DNA from: Sedimentisphaerales bacterium
GTDB lineage: Bacteria > Planctomycetota > Phycisphaerae > Sedimentisphaerales > SM23-30
Length of the DNA stretch: 64,000 bases
Direction: 5' to 3' (one strand)
Assembly: GCA_963666285.1 (NCBI GenBank)
Contig: OY762711.1
Position numbers and translations under genes: made by a program. Shown here one piece after another: positions 60,941 to 64,000 of this stretch. A model generated the notes under the pieces. The model saw only the letters and a list, made by a program, of their open reading frames with translations. It was not told the DNA's origin and searched no databases. Numbering within the stretch: the stretch's first letter is position 1; each line of letters opens with the position of its first letter.

Positions 60941-61675
60941 TCAAAATCCAAGCATTGCTGTTCTAATTGTAATTGCAGTTGTCCATGCCAACATTCCTGT
61001 CATGACAACCATTCCAACATTATATGCCATCCTACGAGACATTACCATTGCAAAAGCAGTATCTGCTTGTTGATTAAGGTAATCCATTGCTCCTACCAAA
61101 GCATCAGCACCTTGACCTGCTAACTGCTTAATCTGTTGTGTAACATCTTTTAAGGAATCTGCTAATAAGGAAATCATAACAGCCGTCAAAGCAACTGCTA
61201 CTGGTGTTTTAGGCACCTTAAATGCCTTGTAAAAGATTAACCCATAAGCATTTCCTAACGTAACAGCAAAATAGTTTGAGTATTGAGGTGGCAACGATAT
61301 TTGTCTTATACCTACATTCCAAGCACTACCAGTCCATGGTTTTGAAGTTGCCCCAGGTAACCCTAAGAAGTTGGCTGCTTTAAGATATGCCAATAGTTGA
61401 ATTGGACCAGAACTTAATCCATAACTCGACAATGGTTTTATTTCAGCAATTTCTTTCAGTTGAAAGTCCATTATATCAGGCATCAATGCTCCAGCCAAAC
61501 CAGGCATGCCTTTTCCATACCGTATTCTTCCAATATGTTCCAAGTCATACATATTACTTACTTCTCTGTGTATTGCCTTTCCTAATTCTGCAAAGAACCA
61601 TGCCATTCCCGAGGGGTCTGTATAGTTAACCGGGTTAGCGTGGCAATATAGATACCGGAGTGGTTTGGGGAAGAT
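60941..61675 (-). pseudogene. Orphan RHS C-terminal toxin module with a PD-(D/E)xK nuclease domain
   Basis: In frame upstream of the ATG at 61606 the sequence reads LRYLYCHANPVNYTDPSG (RHS core end); an in-frame TAA lies at 61676-61678. The domain has GKAIH...PDIMD....IAEIKP....QLLAY. Confidence 0.82.
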
Positions 61676-61781
61676 TTACTTGTGAAAGAGCCATAATTTA
61701 TGCAATGATTATAGATTATTGGTGTGAGAATGCCAAAGGAAAACGGAATAAAAATAGTGTTTGGAGTTGGTTCAGGAGAAG

Positions 61782-61842
61782 AAAAAACCTCCATATTCGA
61801 CGTTGGATCTTAGCTAGAGAGCCAAAATCGAAATGGAGGTTT
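61782..61842 (-). terminator. Probable terminator of the GH95 gene
   Basis: AAACCTCCATATTCGA...TCGAAATGGAGGTTT stem with a T-run on the minus strand. Confidence 0.6.
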
Positions 61843-61870
61843 ATGATTCAATAATTCAGGGTTAATGCCT

Positions 61871-64000
61871 TTAGCGGCTAAGGCTGATGGAATAAGTCTT
61901 GCCGGCTTTAGCGTTAAATGAAATAGTATCGCCTGTCTTTTTATGCGGTATGGTTCTGGTGCCTTCGAGGACGGTGATATTGGCGGCCTGTTCGATCGGG
62001 TCAGATTTGACAGAGCATGTGCCGTTATAGCGGGCGAGGATCTCGGTGCGGGTCAAACTGTGATTGTTCCAGAATATGTTTACCTGATAGCCGCCGCGGG
62101 CACAGAGGCCGGTTATACTGCCGGAGGGCCAAGCGTCTGGCAAGGCGGGCAGCAGATGTATAAGACCGGAATGGCTCTGGATGAACATTTCGGCGATGCC
62201 GGCGGTGCCGCCGAAGTTGCCGTCGATCTGGAATGGAGGATGGGTATCGAAGAGGTTTGCCAGTGTGCTCTGGTCGAGCTGTTCCTTGAGCATTAGATAG
62301 GCATGGTTACCGTCGAACAGCCTGGCCCAGAAGTTGATCTTCCATGCCTTGCTCCATCCGGTACCGCCGTCGCCGCGGGCCTTTAGGGATACCCTGGCGG
62401 CATCGGCAAAGGCCGGTGTGGTAAGAGGCGAGATCTGGCGGCCGGGATGCAGTGCGAACAGGTGCGATACGTGCCTGTGTCGGTCGGTTTTGCTGTCCCA
62501 GTCGGGTTTCCATTCCTGCAGCTGGCCCCAGCTTCCGATACGGAGCCCCGGATCGAGCTTGTCTTTGGTGGAGATCATAGTCTGCCTGAACCGGCGGTCT
62601 ATGCCGAGGATCTGTGAGGACTCGATAGTGTTGGTTAGCAGGTCCCAGCCTATCTGCTGGTCCATGGCACAACCTGCGGAGATGCGGCCATGCTCTGGCG
62701 AATAGGAAGGAGACGAGACGAGCGTGTTGTCGTCTATGTCGGTAACGAGATAGTCGAACCAGAACTCTACTGCCTCTTTCATGATCGGGTATGCCTTGTC
62801 GGCAAGATATTCCCGGTCGCCGGTGAAGGCGTAATGCTCCCAGAGGTGCTGACACATCCATGCGGCAGCAGTTGGGAAATAGAACGCGCCGCTGGTACTT
62901 GGTCCGGTATGACCGAAGATATTGTTTTCATGGTGGGTAGTCCAGCCGCGGGCACCGTAATGGAGCATGGCTGATTCGCGGCCCCTGGGTCGCAGGCTGT
63001 CGGTATATTCGATAAGCGGCAGGTGACATTCGCTGAGGTTTGTTACCTCGGCGGGCCAATAGTTCATCTGAACGTTGATATTGGTATGATAGTCGGCGTT
63101 CCATGGCGGGGTGTTGACATTGTTCCATATGCCCTGCAAGTTGGCAGGAAGTGTGCCGGGGCGAGAGGAGCTAATTAGCAGATAACGACCGTACTGGAAG
63201 TATAGTTTTTCCAGAGCCGGGTTGCCGCCCTTGTAGGAAGCGAGTACCTCGTCGGTCGGCAGGTCGAGTTTATCAGCTTTCAGGTCGAGTTTGACCCTGT
63301 GGAACAGGCCCTGGTAGTCGGCTAGATGGCGGTCGCGGAGCTGCCGGTATGACATGGCAGCAGCGGCGTTGACACGCGCGGTAACGACGGCGTGCGGATG
63401 GGTACCTTTGAAGGTCGGATATTCGTTCACGTAATCTGTGCCAAGTGCCATGATGATGGTTACTGAGTCGGCATCGGCGACTTTAATACAGTCGAGTTCG
63501 GTGGTGACGGTACCGCCATCATTCAGCAGTTGGGCCTGGGACTCGAACGCCATTGAATTGCTAAGAGCACCGCTGAGGGTTAGCCTGCCGTTTGCGGTGG
63601 TTATGACAGAATTGTTATGCGGAGTAGTTTGTCGAAGAGTGAAGTTCAGGTTGCCGCGTGGTTTAGCGGTTAAACGCATGACCATGACATTATCGGGATA
63701 GCTGGTGAAATATTCACGGGTATATTGGACGCCGTCAACCTGGTAGCTGACGCGTGCCATGCCGTCGTTGAGGTCGAGCAGGCGGCGATAGTCAGAGATA
63801 ACAAACTGCGGACCCTGTTCGTGGAGGATAATTTCGGCGAGCTGGAGAGTTGGTCCGGCATTGTTTTCAAAATTGAAGCGATAATACTGGTAGGCAGTCG
63901 AATTGGTAAAGAAGAAATCTTTCTTTTGACGCCTATCGGGAAAATCAACCGCGGACCGGGTGTCGATAGTAACCCATTCTGTACCGTTGTTGGAGGCCTG
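61871..64000 (-). CDS. Alpha-1,2-L-fucosidase (GH95), 5'-truncated by the window edge
   Basis: Motifs [65 protein letters not shown] and [11 protein letters not shown]. The frame stays open from 63760 to 64000. Confidence 0.93.
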   Translation of the reverse strand, partial: QASNNGTEWVTIDTRSAVDFPDRRQKKDFFFTNSTAYQYYRFNFENNAGPTLQLAEIILHEQGPQFVISDYRRLLDLNDGMARVSYQVDGVQYTREYFTSYPDNVMVMRLTAKPRGNLNFTLRQTTPHNNSVITTANGRLTLSGALSNSMAFESQAQLLNDGGTVTTELDCIKVADADSVTIIMALGTDYVNEYPTFKGTHPHAVVTARVNAAAAMSYRQLRDRHLADYQGLFHRVKLDLKADKLDLPTDEVLASYKGGNPALEKLYFQYGRYLLISSSRPGTLPANLQGIWNNVNTPPWNADYHTNINVQMNYWPAEVTNLSECHLPLIEYTDSLRPRGRESAMLHYGARGWTTHHENNIFGHTGPSTSGAFYFPTAAAWMCQHLWEHYAFTGDREYLADKAYPIMKEAVEFWFDYLVTDIDDNTLVSSPSYSPEHGRISAGCAMDQQIGWDLLTNTIESSQILGIDRRFRQTMISTKDKLDPGLRIGSWGQLQEWKPDWDSKTDRHRHVSHLFALHPGRQISPLTTPAFADAARVSLKARGDGGTGWSKAWKINFWARLFDGNHAYLMLKEQLDQSTLANLFDTHPPFQIDGNFGGTAGIAEMFIQSHSGLIHLLPALPDAWPSGSITGLCARGGYQVNIFWNNHSLTRTEILARYNGTCSVKSDPIEQAANITVLEGTRTIPHKKTGDTISFNAKAGKTYSISLSR

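Noticed and set aside
59112..61678. Classical integron cassette array
   Set aside because: There is no tyrosine integrase in the window, and I could not find convincing RYYYAAC/GTTRRRY attC boundaries. Kept only as an analogy.
61943..63948. Overlapping ORFs within the GH95 gene
   Set aside because: They are alternative-frame artefacts of GC-rich coding sequence.

Overview
This 64 kb window is ordinary chromosomal DNA of moderately low GC. It is most likely from a Planctomycetota (Phycisphaerae/Sedimentisphaerales-like) bacterium; this is inferred from the ECF sigma/FecR pair, three PEP-CTERM proteins and LamG-Ig proteins with dockerin-like C-termini. Contents: (1) an ECF/FecR-headed glycan locus with two LamG proteins, a PEP-CTERM protein, a BNR-4 propeller resembling PL42/GH145 and a frameshifted GH78 rhamnosidase; (2) a GH92-GH43-GH29 cluster and a partial GH95; (3) two sensor kinases and a response regulator; (4) housekeeping genes (rsmE, patB-like, pgl, tRNA-Leu(CAA), metY-like, ahbAB-like, bioB, bioF) and a large ankyrin protein. 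The most interesting signals are non-coding or at the right end. An IS110-family (IS1111-type) element sits inside a 10-bp-period CACGAAA repeat; an uninterrupted copy of that repeat lies 300 bp away, and a downstream hairpin carries guide-like matches to both target halves (candidate bridge/seek RNA). Next to it is an orphan RHS-CT nuclease/immunity array in which each immunity-like gene is followed by the same ~160 bp repeat. A ~1.1 kb three-block non-coding element occurs twice in inverted orientation. There is also a modular repeat family with swappable hairpins, and a 155 bp TA-duplicating MITE nested in another small repeat. All family assignments are by eye from motifs; no searches were run.
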